DNA of 64,000 nt from Eledone cirrhosa (Eukaryota). Shown here one piece after another: positions 13,814 through 26,649 of this stretch; position 1 is the first letter of the stretch, and the number at the start of each line of letters is the position of its first letter. The notes beneath the pieces were generated by a model that was given only the letters and a program-made list of their open reading frames with translations, made no database searches and was not told the DNA's origin. A program made the translations under genes and the position numbers. The stretch lies in assembly GCA_964016885.1 (NCBI GenBank), contig OZ024747.1, positions 81,220,001 through 81,284,000 on the forward strand, in the 5' to 3' direction.

Positions 13814-14275
13814 TTAAGGAAGGTCAATCATTTCAAATTTATTGGGATGTAGTAAATTGATAAGAAATATTCACCTCACCATCAAGCCATCTCATATATA
13901 TATATATTGGTTTGTCCGATGAACGAATGAGGACGTTTTTCGTATTCGTCTTATTCGGATGTGCTGTAACCAGTGGCGCCGAATGGACGCCCGACAGACT
14001 GGTCGGTCAAGGTGATATAGTAATAATGATAAATTTGAAGACTAAAATCCAAAGAGCGCTCGATAAGGATAAATATATATCAGATATATAAGAACCGTAG
14101 AGCAAATACTTCTGCGTTCACAGATTGACTTTTTTAGTTTCAGAAGATCCCATTAAGGGTGAAAGAAGCGATTCTTTGCTTAAACGTTAATCTGTTATTT
14201 TAATAAATATATATATATATATATAATTATAAAATAACAGGAAGCAGGACTGGTGTAATTCCTTAAAGGTTTATT

Positions 14276-14333
14276 ATACTATGAACATTTCAATGACCGG
14301 GTTCAGTACGAATCCGGTGACATCATCAGGTAT
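14276..14333 (-). ncRNA. Minimal type I hammerhead ribozyme motif (family A, copy 3, within repeat 14232-14439)
   Basis: ATAC-CTGATGA-TGTCACCGG...CCGGTCATT-GAAATGTTCATA-GTAT. Confidence 0.7.
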
Positions 14334-14437
14334 TCCGAAATTTAACAAAGGAATATAATAGACACAATCCAAGGGGCTGAAAAGCAGAGCGATGCTCAAC
14401 CAAGTTGAGAAGGCGGCCAAAAATTAGCAGTTGCCAG

Positions 14438-14470
<33 letters not shown>

Positions 14471-14519
14471 TATTATTATTTATTATTATTACTATATATA
14501 TATATATATATATATATAT

Positions 14520-17462
14520 CCTGGGTATGACATTAAACTACATCCAGTGGCAAGGCTCCAGTTCGGGAGTTCAGGAGCTGTGGGGAATGTGGAGTTACCC
14601 TTAGTTGTCATAACTCCCAGGTCTGCTCTGGCCCGGAGTAGTAGTACCTGTTAGGGCCCCATTTATGGGTTAAATAACTACCTTATTTGAGTGGCGCTGG
14701 TAAGGTATTGTCAGCCATTGAAAAGAAATATGGAGAGTCGATCTAACAGCACTAGGGTTAGAGCCCCTAATTACACTGTCAAGGAGAAATCTGGTCATTA
14801 TGACTCTGCTGGCTTAGAGCCACAGAGAGTGCCAGTAGATGATGGATCAGATGTCTCTGAGACAAATATAAAGAATGCAGTTTTGTCCTGCAGAAGAGCC
14901 ATCAAATTGGGCACTTTGAATGTGAGGACTATTCGGACGCTGGAGAAGAGAGAGGAGTTGGGACATCTGTTCGAGGAGAGTAGTATACAGATACTTGTGA
15001 TCCAAGAACACAGGATCCTACACGATGAGCCCGTGAGGAGTGTGATGATTGGGAAGAGGAGCCAGCTCATCACCAAATCGGCAGTGAGGAATATGACCAA
15101 TGCTGCAGTGGGAGGAGTGGGTTTTGTTTTCAGCACAGTCTATTGGTAAGGGAAATAATTCCTGTCTCCCCGTGAGTGTTGAGGGTAACCTTCAATGGAA
15201 ACCCAAGACTGACAGTCATCTCAGCCTATAGTCCAACCGAGGAAGACAGTGATGTGAGTGTGGAAGAGTTCCATGAGGAGGTGTGTAGAGTTGTCAACAC
15301 CACTCAAGCACACAAAATCCTGCTTGTTTTGAGGGACTTCAATGCATATGTGAATAAGGGGGGCAGTGAAGGTCCTTGCTTGTACTTCCATAACAACACT
15401 AACCGAAATGGAAGACTACTGAGAGACACCCTGCTGGAGGCGAACTTGATAGCGACCAACCTAAGGTTTAGGAAGATGTGGACCTACATCTCAGATATGC
15501 ACCTGTCCAAGTCCCAGATTGATTTCATTCTGGTGAGGAAAAAGTGGCGGAATAGTGTTCTGAACACAGAACCATACAACTATTTCAGTACACTGGGTAG
15601 TGACCACCGACTTGTTATGAGTGAGGTCCGGGTGAGCTTAAGAAAGAGCAAGGCTCAGCCCCGGAGAGCAATCTATGACTGGGGAGCTTTCAAGGAAGAT
15701 GATAAGCTACAGGAGAGGTTCACAGTGGAAGTGAGGAACAGGTTCACTGCTCTGTGTGGAGAAACAGAGGAGAGGAGATTGGATGGACTGGGGAGAGTGT
15801 GATGAGGAGGTACGGACACTTCACCAATGCAGTGGCGGAAGCAAGTGAAACCCTGGTGCCGAGGAAAAAGAACAAAAGAAAGCATGTCAGCTCTGCAAAC
15901 CCAAAAGTGTGTGCAGCCAGAGAACACCTGAAAGCTGCCAAGGACCAATTCTAAGCTGATCCTACGGAGGAGAGGATGGAGTCTGTGGAGGTGATGAGGG
16001 AAGAACTCTGTACCGCTTACACTGTGGCCAGAGAAGAGGCACTGATAGAGAAGATCAGAAGTGTGGAGAGGGCAGTTGACAGATTTGGATGTAAGGAGAG
16101 CTGGATGATCATCAACGAGATCACATGGAGGAAGAGAAGGTGTTCGAGTCAGATCCAGGGAATGGGGCACGAGGATAGGAAGAGGAAATGGCTAGACCAT
16201 TTTAGCACCCTACTAGGAGAGCCACCCTCCACAGCCCAGAGCACTGGGGAAATCAGGCGGCTGTTTGAGGAACTGGATATTGAGACAGCCTGAGATGGAG
16301 AAGAAGCTCAGGGACAACCAGAACGGCTTCAGAGAGGGAAGATCAACCACCAGTCACATCCTGATGCTGAGGAGGTTATTAGAGGGAGCTAGAGCAAAGT
16401 GCCTTCCTGCGGTCATGGTTTTCATTGACTTTAGGAAGGCCTTTGATTCTGTGGACCGTCACTGCCTGATGAAGATCTTACAGGCTTATAGAATCCCCAA
16501 GAGGATAGTGGACCTGATATCACTGCTCTACACCAACACCAAAGCCCAAGTTATTACACCTGATGGGATGACAGTTCTTTGAGATACTGGCTGGAGTGCT
16601 CCAGGGAGATACATTGGCTCCCTACCTTTTTATGATCGTAGTGGACTATTGTATGCGCCTTGCACTGGAGAAACACCAGGACCCTGGCTTTACTGTAGCA
16701 TTAGCTCAGAGCAGGAGAATTAAGGCGAAAAAGGTATCAGATGCTGAATTTGCCGACGACATAGTTTTGGTGACAAATACAGTGAAGGAGGCAGAGGATT
16801 TGATGCGGGAGGTTGAGACTGTGTCGATGAGTGTGGGGCTGAGAATGAATAAGACTAAAACAAAATATCTGGTGGAGAATGTTGAGAAGCCAGAGGGGAT
16901 CACTAATGTAGGCGGGAAGCTGCTAGAATTGGTTGAGGACTTCCTGTATTTGGGAGCAAAGATTGGGAATACGGAAGATGATGTGGTTGAGAGGAAGAGC
17001 AAAGCCTGGGCAGCGTGCCACAGCTTGACATCGGTGTGGAAGTCGGACCTTCGTAAAGACCTGAAAATCCGCCTCTTCATTGCTGTAGTGGAGTCTGTGC
17101 TGCTGTACGGGTCTGAGACTTGGACACTGAACAAGAAACTCACTCAGATGGTGGATGGGTGCTACACGAGGATCCTGGGGATGGCTCTGAACATTAATCA
17201 GTATACACTGAGGATGAAAAACACAGAGCTGTATGGGAGCCTCCCAAATGTCAGCTCAAAAGTGACAGAGTTGACCTTGCACTCAGTGCTCCTGTGGGAG
17301 CCCCTACATGGACACACTGGAAGAGGAGACCAAGGTTAACGTATGTTGATGCCCTGAGGACAGACACTGGTCTGTTGGATACGCAGGACATGGCAGCGAT
17401 AATGAAGGACAGAGACCGCTGGAGAGAACTCATCCATGGATCTTGAGAATTTTACAAGCCCT
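14520..17462 (+). mobile_element. Near full-length degenerate RTE-clade LINE (APE endonuclease plus RT)
   Basis: APE motifs GTLNVRT, IQEHR, ISAYSPT, DFN, QIDFIL, SDH. RT motifs QNGFR, FIDFRKAFDSV, QGDTLAP, FADD, FLYLG. Contains stops, frameshifts and an internal deletion near 16290; flanked by (TA)n. Confidence 0.92.
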
Positions 17463-17622
17463 AGATATATATATATATATAATATATATATAATATATAT
17501 ATATATATTATATATATAATATATATATATATAATATATATATATATAATATATATATATATATAATATATATATATATATAATATATATATATATAATA
17601 TAATATATATATATATAATATA

Positions 17623-17683
<61 letters not shown>

Positions 17684-17752
17684 TATAATATAGATATATA
17701 ATATATATATATAATATATATATAATATATATATAAATATATATATATATAT

Positions 17753-17785
<33 letters not shown>

Positions 17786-18168
17786 CTATATATATAATAT
17801 ATATATAATATATATATATATATAATATATATATAATATATATATATATAATATATATAATATATATATATATAAATATATATATATATAAATATATATG
17901 TAATATATATATATATATAATATATATATAATATATATGTAAAATATATATAATATATATGTAATATATATATATATAATATATATATATATAATATATA
18001 TGTAATATATATATATATATATATATAATATATATATATATATAATATATATGTAATATATATGTAATATATATATAATATATATATATATATAATATAT
18101 ATGTAATATATATATAATATATATGTAATATATATATGATATATATATATTACATATATTACATATAT
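17463..18168. repeat. Long degenerate (TA)n/(TAA) microsatellite; continues at 20752-21262 after the LINE insertion
   Basis: Directly visible. Confidence 0.95.
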
Positions 18169-20751
18169 ATGTTGCTTGGTGCTTTCGACAGTGAGGAGGA
18201 GCATCTGGAGTCGGACAGTGTGGAGGGACAGTGGAAATTTCTGAGGGCAAGCCTGCTGTTGGCGACAGACGAGGTCTGTGGCTGGAGCGGGCCTGTGGGC
18301 AGGGGGAGAGTGGCATGGTGGTGGAGCAGTGGGGTGGGGGGGTCAATTGGGGCCAAGGGGCGGGCTTGGAAGGTGTGGCGGGATGGGGGAGGTGGAGTGG
18401 ACTATCAGGTGGCCGGGGGGGAGGCTGGGAGAGGAGTGTACTTGGCAAGAGGGGAGGCTGGGGGGGGAAAGTTCAAGCGTGTTCTACAGCGCGATGACCA
18501 GGGGCGTGGGGTGTTCGGGATTGCCGGGCAGTGCGTCAAGGAGAGCCGTGATATTGTCGGGGAGAAGTGTGTGCTTGGCGATGATGGCATACTTGCCATC
18601 GCCGACACTGATAGGAGGGTGGCTTGGAAGTGTCACTGTGAAGGGCTGCTGAATGAGGAGAGTGAATGGGAGAAGGACGGTCTCCCCCATATCGACCCGA
18701 TAGAGGGACCAGCAGTGTTGGTCGAGGGGAGTATGATGGGTGGGGCAATCAAGGATATGAGGACTGGTGGGGCGGCTGGGCCTTCGGAAATGGTTGCTGA
18801 GATGCTGGGGGCATCTGGCACGGTGGGACACACCATGGTCACCCGCATAGTTAACCGGGTCGTGCAGAATGGGGTTGTTCCGAAGGACTGGCATGGCGGC
18901 ATCGTCGTTGACTGTTGTGAGGGTGAGGGGGACGCCCTAGATGGGAGTAACTATAGAGGCATTAAATTGATCGACCAGGTCATGAGGGTCACGGAGGGGG
19001 TGATGGCGCAACTGATCGGAGAGGGAGTTGATCTGGGTGAGATGCAGTTCGGGTTTGTGTCGGGCGGGGGCGCCACAGACGCTCTTTTCATGGTGCGACA
19101 ACTGCAGGAGAGGTGCCTGGCTAGGGGTGAACCCCTCTACTTGGCTTTTGTCGACCTGGAGAGGGCCTTCGACAGAGTCCCCCGCTCCATTGTCTGGTGG
19201 GCTCTTGGAAGGCTGGGCGTTGACGAATGGCTTGTGAGGGCTATGCAGGCCATGTGTGGGGGGACAGTCAGCAGGGTTGGAGTTGACAATGAGTATAGTG
19301 AGGAGTTTGGCGTGGGGGTTGGCGTCCATCGGGGCTCTGTTCTCAGCCCCCTACTGTTTGTTTATTATTGCCCTTCGGGCTGTGGCAGAGGAGTTCGGGA
19401 CAGGCTGCCCATGGGGGCTCCTGTGCGCGGACGGCCTGACACTCGTGGCGGAATCGATGGCCGAGCTGGAGAGGAGGTTCCAAACATGGAAGCGCGGCCT
19501 GGAGTCGGGGGGACTTAAGATTGGCCTGGCTGAGGCCGGGGTTCTGGTTTGTAGGAAGGAAAACAAGGCGGCGGTCCCTTCTGGGAAGTGGTCGTGCTCG
19601 GTGTGTAGGAGGGGCGTGGGTGGAAACTCCATCTTGTGTCCTAAATGCAAGGTGTGGGTGCATAGAGGATGTGGTGGGATCACAGGTAGGCTAACTAGGA
19701 GCATAGACTTTGCATGTGGCCGGTGTTCTGGTGCAGTGGGTGGCAGCGGGTGCCCACAAAATACTGGCTCTTTCGGTTGCGCAGAGGGTTCTATAGAAGT
19801 GGTGGACAGCTTCCGTTGCCTGGGCGATGGGGTCGGCAGTGGGGGAGGGTGCTCTGAAGGTACTGTGGCTGGAGTCGGAACTGGTTGGAGAGGGTTCAGA
19901 GAGCTTGTACCACTATTGGCTGCTAAAGGGTTCTCCCTAAAGATGAAGGGCAGGTTGTGCGATGCCTGCGTACGAGCAGCGATGTTGCATGGTAGTGGGA
20001 CCTGGGCATTGTGTGCAGAGGATATACGCAGACTGGAGAGGAACGAGGCTTGCATGCTCCGCTGGATGTGTAACGGTGATATACGTGAGCGGCAAAGCAT
20101 AGACGAGCTGAGGAGGAAATTGGAGATAAGAGGGATCAGATGTTGTTTGCTCGAGAGAGGGCTGCGTTGGTGTGGACACGTGATGCGCATGAGGGTCGAT
20201 AGCTGTATTACAAAGTGCAGGGCAATGGAGATGGACGGTGGCCACGGAATGGGCAGACCTAGAAAGACATGGGATGAGCTGATAAACTCCGACCTCACAC
20301 ACTTACACCTCTCCAAGACAATGTCACTGGACCGTGACCTTTGGCGGTGCTCAGTAACAGAGAAGACCCGCCTTGCCAGTAGGCATCTCTAACAAACTAC
20401 ACCCCGTCCCGCCACCACCCCCACCCCATCCACACCACCCCGTTCCATGTAAGGTTATGTTGGTGCCGCGCCATCCAGGCCGAAACAAACGAGATCGTGT
20501 AGGTGTCACGACAAAAAAACACACAGTCCACGCTGTAATGTGGCCGTGTAGGCAACACGGTAAAAACCTCCCAGACCCACACTGTAAATGTGGTTGGTGT
20601 TAGGAAGGGCATCCAACTGTAGAAAACCTGCCAGACAGTCCTATGCGAGCAAGACAATCACTCTTGCCTCAAGTGGGACTACCCCCGTCCAAACCCATGC
20701 AAGCGTGGAACACGGACGTTAAACGTTGATGATGATGATGATGATGATGAT
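18169..20751 (+). mobile_element. 5'-truncated RTE-clade LINE copy, A-to-G hypermutated
   Basis: RT motifs are recognisable but altered (NYRGIKL, QFGF, FVDLERAFDRV, HRGSVLSP, CADG, CLG). A 4-nt duplication causes a frameshift at ~19357. Ends in a 3' UTR and (GAT)n tail. Collinear with 42899-45460. Confidence 0.95.
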
Positions 20752-20790
20752 ATATATAATATATATGTAATATATATATAATATATATGT

Positions 20791-20821
<31 letters not shown>

Positions 20822-20824
20822 ATA

Positions 20825-20864
<40 letters not shown>

Positions 20865-20947
20865 TATATATAATATATATATGTAATATATATATAATAT
20901 ATATATATAATATATATATATATAATATATATATATATAATATATAT

Positions 20948-20991
<44 letters not shown>

Positions 20992-21028
20992 TATATATAA
21001 TATATATATATATAATATATATATATCT

Positions 21029-21067
<39 letters not shown>

Positions 21068-21265
21068 ATATATATATAATATATATTATATAATATATAA
21101 TATTATATAATATATAATATTATATAATATAATATATATATATATATTATATAATATATATATATATATATATTATATAATATTTAAATATAATATATAA
21201 TATATATATAATATTATATAACATATATATATATATAATATATATATATACAATATATATATAGT

Positions 21266-21413
21266 AATTGTTTCTACTTTAGGCACAAGGCCAGCAATTA
21301 CCAAGTGCATTACTGGTACTTTATTTTATCGACCCCGTAAAGATGAAAGCAAAGTCAACCTCGGCAGGATTTGAACTCAGATTGTAAAGGGACGTAACTA
21401 TGCTGGAAAGCAT
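21266..21413 (-). mobile_element. tRNA-derived SINE (5918 family), partial
   Basis: Conserved body and B-box. Confidence 0.8.
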
Positions 21414-22997
21414 AACAAATTTGAAATCTAAAATCCAAAGAGGGCCCGATAAGGATAAATAAATTTTTTATTTGTCTTCCTGTCTTCCCTCGGTTGCAAC
21501 GTTTTTTGAAATATTTACTTCTGCGTTCACAGATTGATTTCAGAAGATCCTGTTATGGGTGAAAGCAGCGATTCTTTGATTAAACTTTAATCTGTTATTT
21601 TAATAAATATAATATATATACATACATAATATATATATATCCCCCAATGATAAAATCCGTTTTGCTAAAGAGTTTGCTATCCCTTTATTTTTATTTATTT
21701 AATTGTGTTATCCCTTTATTTTCATTTATTTAATCGACATTTGTAGCACAAATGATGTGGATGCTTTTGTTACATCAACTGTTTGTTGTTAAGATTTATT
21801 TTGCTCTGTTTCCTATCTTGTTTTATTTTATAGTTTATTTTACTTTTCTTTTCTTTTGTTTCATTTGAAAAATCTTTTTAATAATAGTTATAGTTAGAGG
21901 TTTTATGACTCCATGGGTGGCTATTGGTTTCCAAGCCGTCTTAATCGAGGAATTACATGTTGTGTCTTGAAAGGATCATTTCCAAGCGATACACAATAAT
22001 CACTTGAGGAAATTGAATGGTTTAAAATAAAATGAGAAAAATAAAGTTAAAGAAAAAAACTGAATCCCTAAATGAATTCAAAGATTACAAATTGCTAGCA
22101 TTGCCTTGCATCATGTATGTGGTTCAGTTGCATTTAATGGATCTGACAGACACAGCTCTGTTTAAAATGAATGGATTTAGGAAAAAGATGAAAGGCAAAT
22201 AAATTGAGATGAACACTAATGATGCAGCATAGTTTCTTTATTTCCTTTTTCAACAACAAAAAACTCACAATCACCTTGAAAGCTAATGTCATCCAGCATC
22301 TTACAATATTCACTGAGTAAAACACTTCATATTACTCTGCTTCTTCTCATCTCACTATTGCCTCAAGCATAACCTTAACACCAACATAGCTATAACTAAC
22401 TACAACGACAGCCATCACCATCACTACAGTTGATTCCATCCATGACAACTACTATATAATCGCAATATCATGAGTGATGGTTGCCACCCTATCAACGATA
22501 ACCGCAGCCACTGCTATTTACTAATATTCATCAAAAACTATTATCATTTTTGACATGGACAACACCAATACTACTGCAGTTTTTGCCATCAATTTGAAAT
22601 GCAATTAATCTTCTACATCTACTAACATTCACCAATATATCTGTTATCATTGTGTCCCTACCCAACCCATCATTCCCTTATCTTCATTGCCATTTACAAT
22701 TTCCTCCTTCCTAAAGCTAGAAAACAAACAGACACACAAAAACATAGCATATAAAATATTCTCCCATTAAAAATAGAAAGGACACATACACGCAAGTGTA
22801 TGTATGTATGTCTTAAAAGACACAGGAGAACACAAAGCCAGAACAAAGCAATGGAGAGTCCCAAAGGAGCCTACAGTTGCCATGTATTTGCTAGAAGGTG
22901 CAAGTGTTTGGCTGGATTAAAGAGCCACATTTGTGCCTCACATTTTTGAACGGGCGATGTCAATGCTTGAACACGAGTTTGCAGTCATCATGCATGC

Positions 22998-23076
22998 ATG
23001 TATGTATGTATGTATGTATGTATGTATGTATGTATGTATGTATGTATGTATGTATGTATGTATGTATGTATGTATG
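22998..23076. repeat. (TATG)n microsatellite
   Basis: Directly visible. Confidence 0.95.
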
Positions 23077-24359
23077 GATGTAGGCTTAGGCTCAGGCATG
23101 GTTGACTGGTTAAGAAGTATGCTGTGTAGCAATATGGTAACAAGTTCAATCCTACAGTGTGGAATCTTGGGTAGGTGACTTCTACTATAGTCTTCTGCAG
23201 ATAAATGCTATCTGAGTGTTTAGATATACACATATATGAATACATAAATAACTAATTCTCTACATATGTCTATATCTGTTTAATGATTAGGTCTACTATA
23301 GGTGATGTATCATTGCACTACTCAATAATCTGACATAGGATGCATATATTTCTTACAAACATGGCATTAGAATCACAAAATCACCATTTTTCCTAGATAT
23401 TCTATTATATTCATAAATGGCAAGTAGTCCATCACAACTATGAATTGGATTCAATTCTCCATTTTCTTTAAAAAATAAATGAACTTATATATATATGTTC
23501 AGTAGAAATTGTTTTGGTAAAAACAGGAGTAAGCAGGAGAAAGCTCTCTACATTCAAAGTGTGTAGTTACGATGGAGATTCAGTATAAGAATATGTATGT
23601 AACATCAGCATATTTCTTAATGGTACTCTTATATTTATATATAGGAAAATGTTTAACCGCGACAGCAGAGCTCAAGCCGTTTCGACGGCTATTTCTGGAC
23701 TATATATATATATATATCATCATTTTGGAAGCCTCTATATATATATATATATATATACCTATGTTACAAAACTCCATGGAAAAATACTGTCAACTATAGA
23801 GTTTGAGAAGATTAAGTTCAATTCAACTCCTTTGTGAGATTCAGTTTCTTGAGATTAGCTTTCACCTACTCTACTAGGCCTTTCTTGGTTTTCCTCTTCA
23901 ACAGCTTCCTTACAATTAGAATTCATGTCCCTTCTTCATCCAGCAATGATGCTCCATATACAATACATGTTCATATAAGTGCACTCTTCTATCCTGCAAG
24001 CTACATCTCATTCCTCCTCTGCCTAGTTTTTCTCTCAGCTTTATCATTAGTGAACACTAAAAAAATATATATCAAATGTAGCATGCTCAATTCATTTTTC
24101 TCCAACTTTTCCGTATCCTATTCCTTCTTTGCCCATGACTCACTATCATGCAGGCATCATACAATCTACCCTTTGACCAAAAGGAGAATCAGTTTGTTGC
24201 TAACAGAAATAGTAGCTCCTTAAAATGTATCCATCCTGTTCTTATTCTAATTGTTATGCTTTCACATCAGCCACCCAACTGCTAATTAACTCACCTTGCT
24301 GGATTACATTAATTTTGCTCACAAAATGCAAGGGGTTATTGCGAAGAGAGAAGGTCTAG

Positions 24360-24700
24360 ACAGAGAGAACATAATTCAAAGAGAGAGATGGCAATTGATG
24401 GTGCTTTTGAATTTTTGTAAATTGTAGTGATCGGGAAAGCAAGAATGTGGAAATAGAATTCCATAGGCGAGATGTGTGAGGGAAGAAACTATCAGCAGAA
24501 AATAAATTTTTATTGCATTCAGGGAATTCAACTGTAAATGGATGAGATTTAGCTGCCAATCTGGTGCTCTATTGCAGCTCAATAATATGAGGCAACTAAT
24601 AGAAAAGCTCACCAGAACAAGTCATATGAAAATGTTTATAAAAAAAGCTAAGAAGGGCAAAACTTTGACGGTGTGATAGTGATACTGTTATTGATAACTT
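24360..24700 (-). mobile_element. Degenerate CR1/L2-group LINE 3' fragment
   Basis: DSFFPHTSRLWNSI matches the SFFxRxxxLWNxLP C-terminal motif of CR1/L2-group ORF2. Confidence 0.6.
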
Positions 24701-26090
24701 ACATAAGAATGGTCATTAGAGTGGAATATCTTCATTTATAGTGATTCGAATATAACTGACTAGCAGTTATATAAATCTGAAATGATCTCTTTAAATGTGT
24801 GATCAGTTAGAGTAAACATATAATATTTACAGGAAAGAGTCTGATATACTTGACCAAAACAACAAATTTGTCTATAAATGAAAACTGGCACAATGATAAA
24901 TTTTACAAACAGTATAAATTAATAAAATATGTAAACATTAAAACTATAATTGACAAATAGAACAGAGTTGAAGAACTAAACAAACATAATAAGCTTATTG
25001 AGAAAATCAATAAGAATGATAAAACTAACCATATTCAATGACCAGTACAAAATAAAGAAACTGATTGAATTACTGATACAAGACCAAATTAACAGGGATA
25101 GAAATAACAGACAAGAGAACAAGTAAACTGCCAAAGGTAACAAGTGTGGCACAAATTGACAAACATTTGTGCTCATAATTCATCCTTTTGACAGTAGCCT
25201 GTCTGAGAGCACCTCTGCTATAATGATACACAACTTCTTATTTTAAAATGTTTGTATTTAAATTAAAACCTTCCATCATAATTGTGTTACATAACATTTT
25301 ATTAAGTTATATTGCAAACACCATCTTAATAATCAAAAAGTTAGTCAATTTTTTATTCTCTCCAAATATTTGATTTATTTCCAAATTAATTGAAACACAT
25401 GGGCAGTGCAATTCATTAAAACTATGGTCATGAAAGGGTTACAAACATGGCAGATATGACAAATTAGCAATCTTGCAATCATGTATAGCAAAAGGATAAT
25501 ATAAATTCCATCTTGTGGCCTGTGTCACTATATGGAAATGAAATATCTAAACTGAATTCATTCCCTGCACCCTTCAAAAAATTGTGTTTTGTGGTTTGTA
25601 TTCCTGAAACATTTGAGATGGTAAAACAAGTAAAAAGTTGCTCTTCATGCCAAAATCAAGAAAATACATGATTTAAAAAAATATATTTTTGAAAGTTATT
25701 AAACGATGGATTAGAAAAGATTTACAAATTCATAAAATCTATGATAATAAAAATGAACCAAGAATTAAAACAACAATAAGAAACAAAATATTTCTGAAAA
25801 TTAACAGAATTGATGTACTAATAATAAAAAATTTGGTAAAATAGTAATATTGAAATTACACAGTAACAGTTAGAGTGAATTATAATTAAAAATTTGTAAT
25901 CACTCACCAGAAAGATTTCTATTAATTTACTTGTATGGATGGTCTGTTTGCACACACACACACACAGATATATATATGATGACCAACTGAATATACACGT
26001 GTTTTTTTTCTCCCAAATTTTTCTCTCATTTTCCCTGTTCCCTCCTAGCATCATTCTATACTTTCTATTCATCTTCTATTTCTAACTTCA

Positions 26091-26126
26091 TCTTCTGATG
26101 AAGGACTAGTGTCTGAAACGTTAAGA
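26091..26126 (+). ncRNA. Minimal type I hammerhead ribozyme motif
   Basis: TCTT-CTGATGA-A-GGAC(TAGT)GTCT-GAAACGTT-AAGA. Stem I is TCTT/AAGA; stem III is the palindrome ACGT, typical of dimer-active Penelope-like hammerheads. Confidence 0.7.
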
Positions 26127-26318
26127 CTCTCTTCCTGCTATTTCAAGTATTAAACTAACATATTTCTTCCATCTACTGTGCCAGATGTTTGTTACTTTGT
26201 TATTACTTTTACACACACACACACACATAAAGTGAATAAGGTATGGACTGTTTAATATCATTTCCTTTTGTTGATTTGCTTTTGTCCCAGTTGAAAAACT
26301 TTCATACATTTCTTTTGT

Positions 26319-26376
<58 letters not shown>

Positions 26377-26615
26377 CATATATTATCCTGTACAGTATTT
26401 TACTCATAGTCTTCATTCCCTCATAGTCTTCTTTTTCATTGATATTGGCAACACAAGCAAAGCAATTCTGTTTTTTAGATGCTGAAATCACAAGGACTTC
26501 CAGCCAATAGAGGGTGAATGGAATTTGTGTCAGGTTTTATTTGTTTTTGTTGTCCTTATGTTAACTAGCTTAATATCTTGTACTTTTGTACAATTATTTA
26601 CACATACACAAACAT

Positions 26616-26649
<34 letters not shown>

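Noticed and set aside
13908-13972. Hammerhead-like CCGATGA plus a strong hairpin; similar partial cores at ~45819 and ~49012
   Set aside because: The GAAA core is missing or mutated; at best decayed relics.
14520-17462. Possible A>G hypermutation of this purine-rich LINE as well
   Set aside because: Lys, Tyr, Asn and Asp residues and the motifs FADD and YLG are retained, stops are present, and there is no sister copy in the window for comparison.
17461-18204. Ile/Tyr-rich ORFs here and at 34-36 kb, 62-64 kb and elsewhere
   Set aside because: Translations of (TA)n microsatellites.
18159-20316. Many overlapping ORFs in several frames on both strands
   Set aside because: A by-product of A>G conversion removing stop codons; they are not independent genes.
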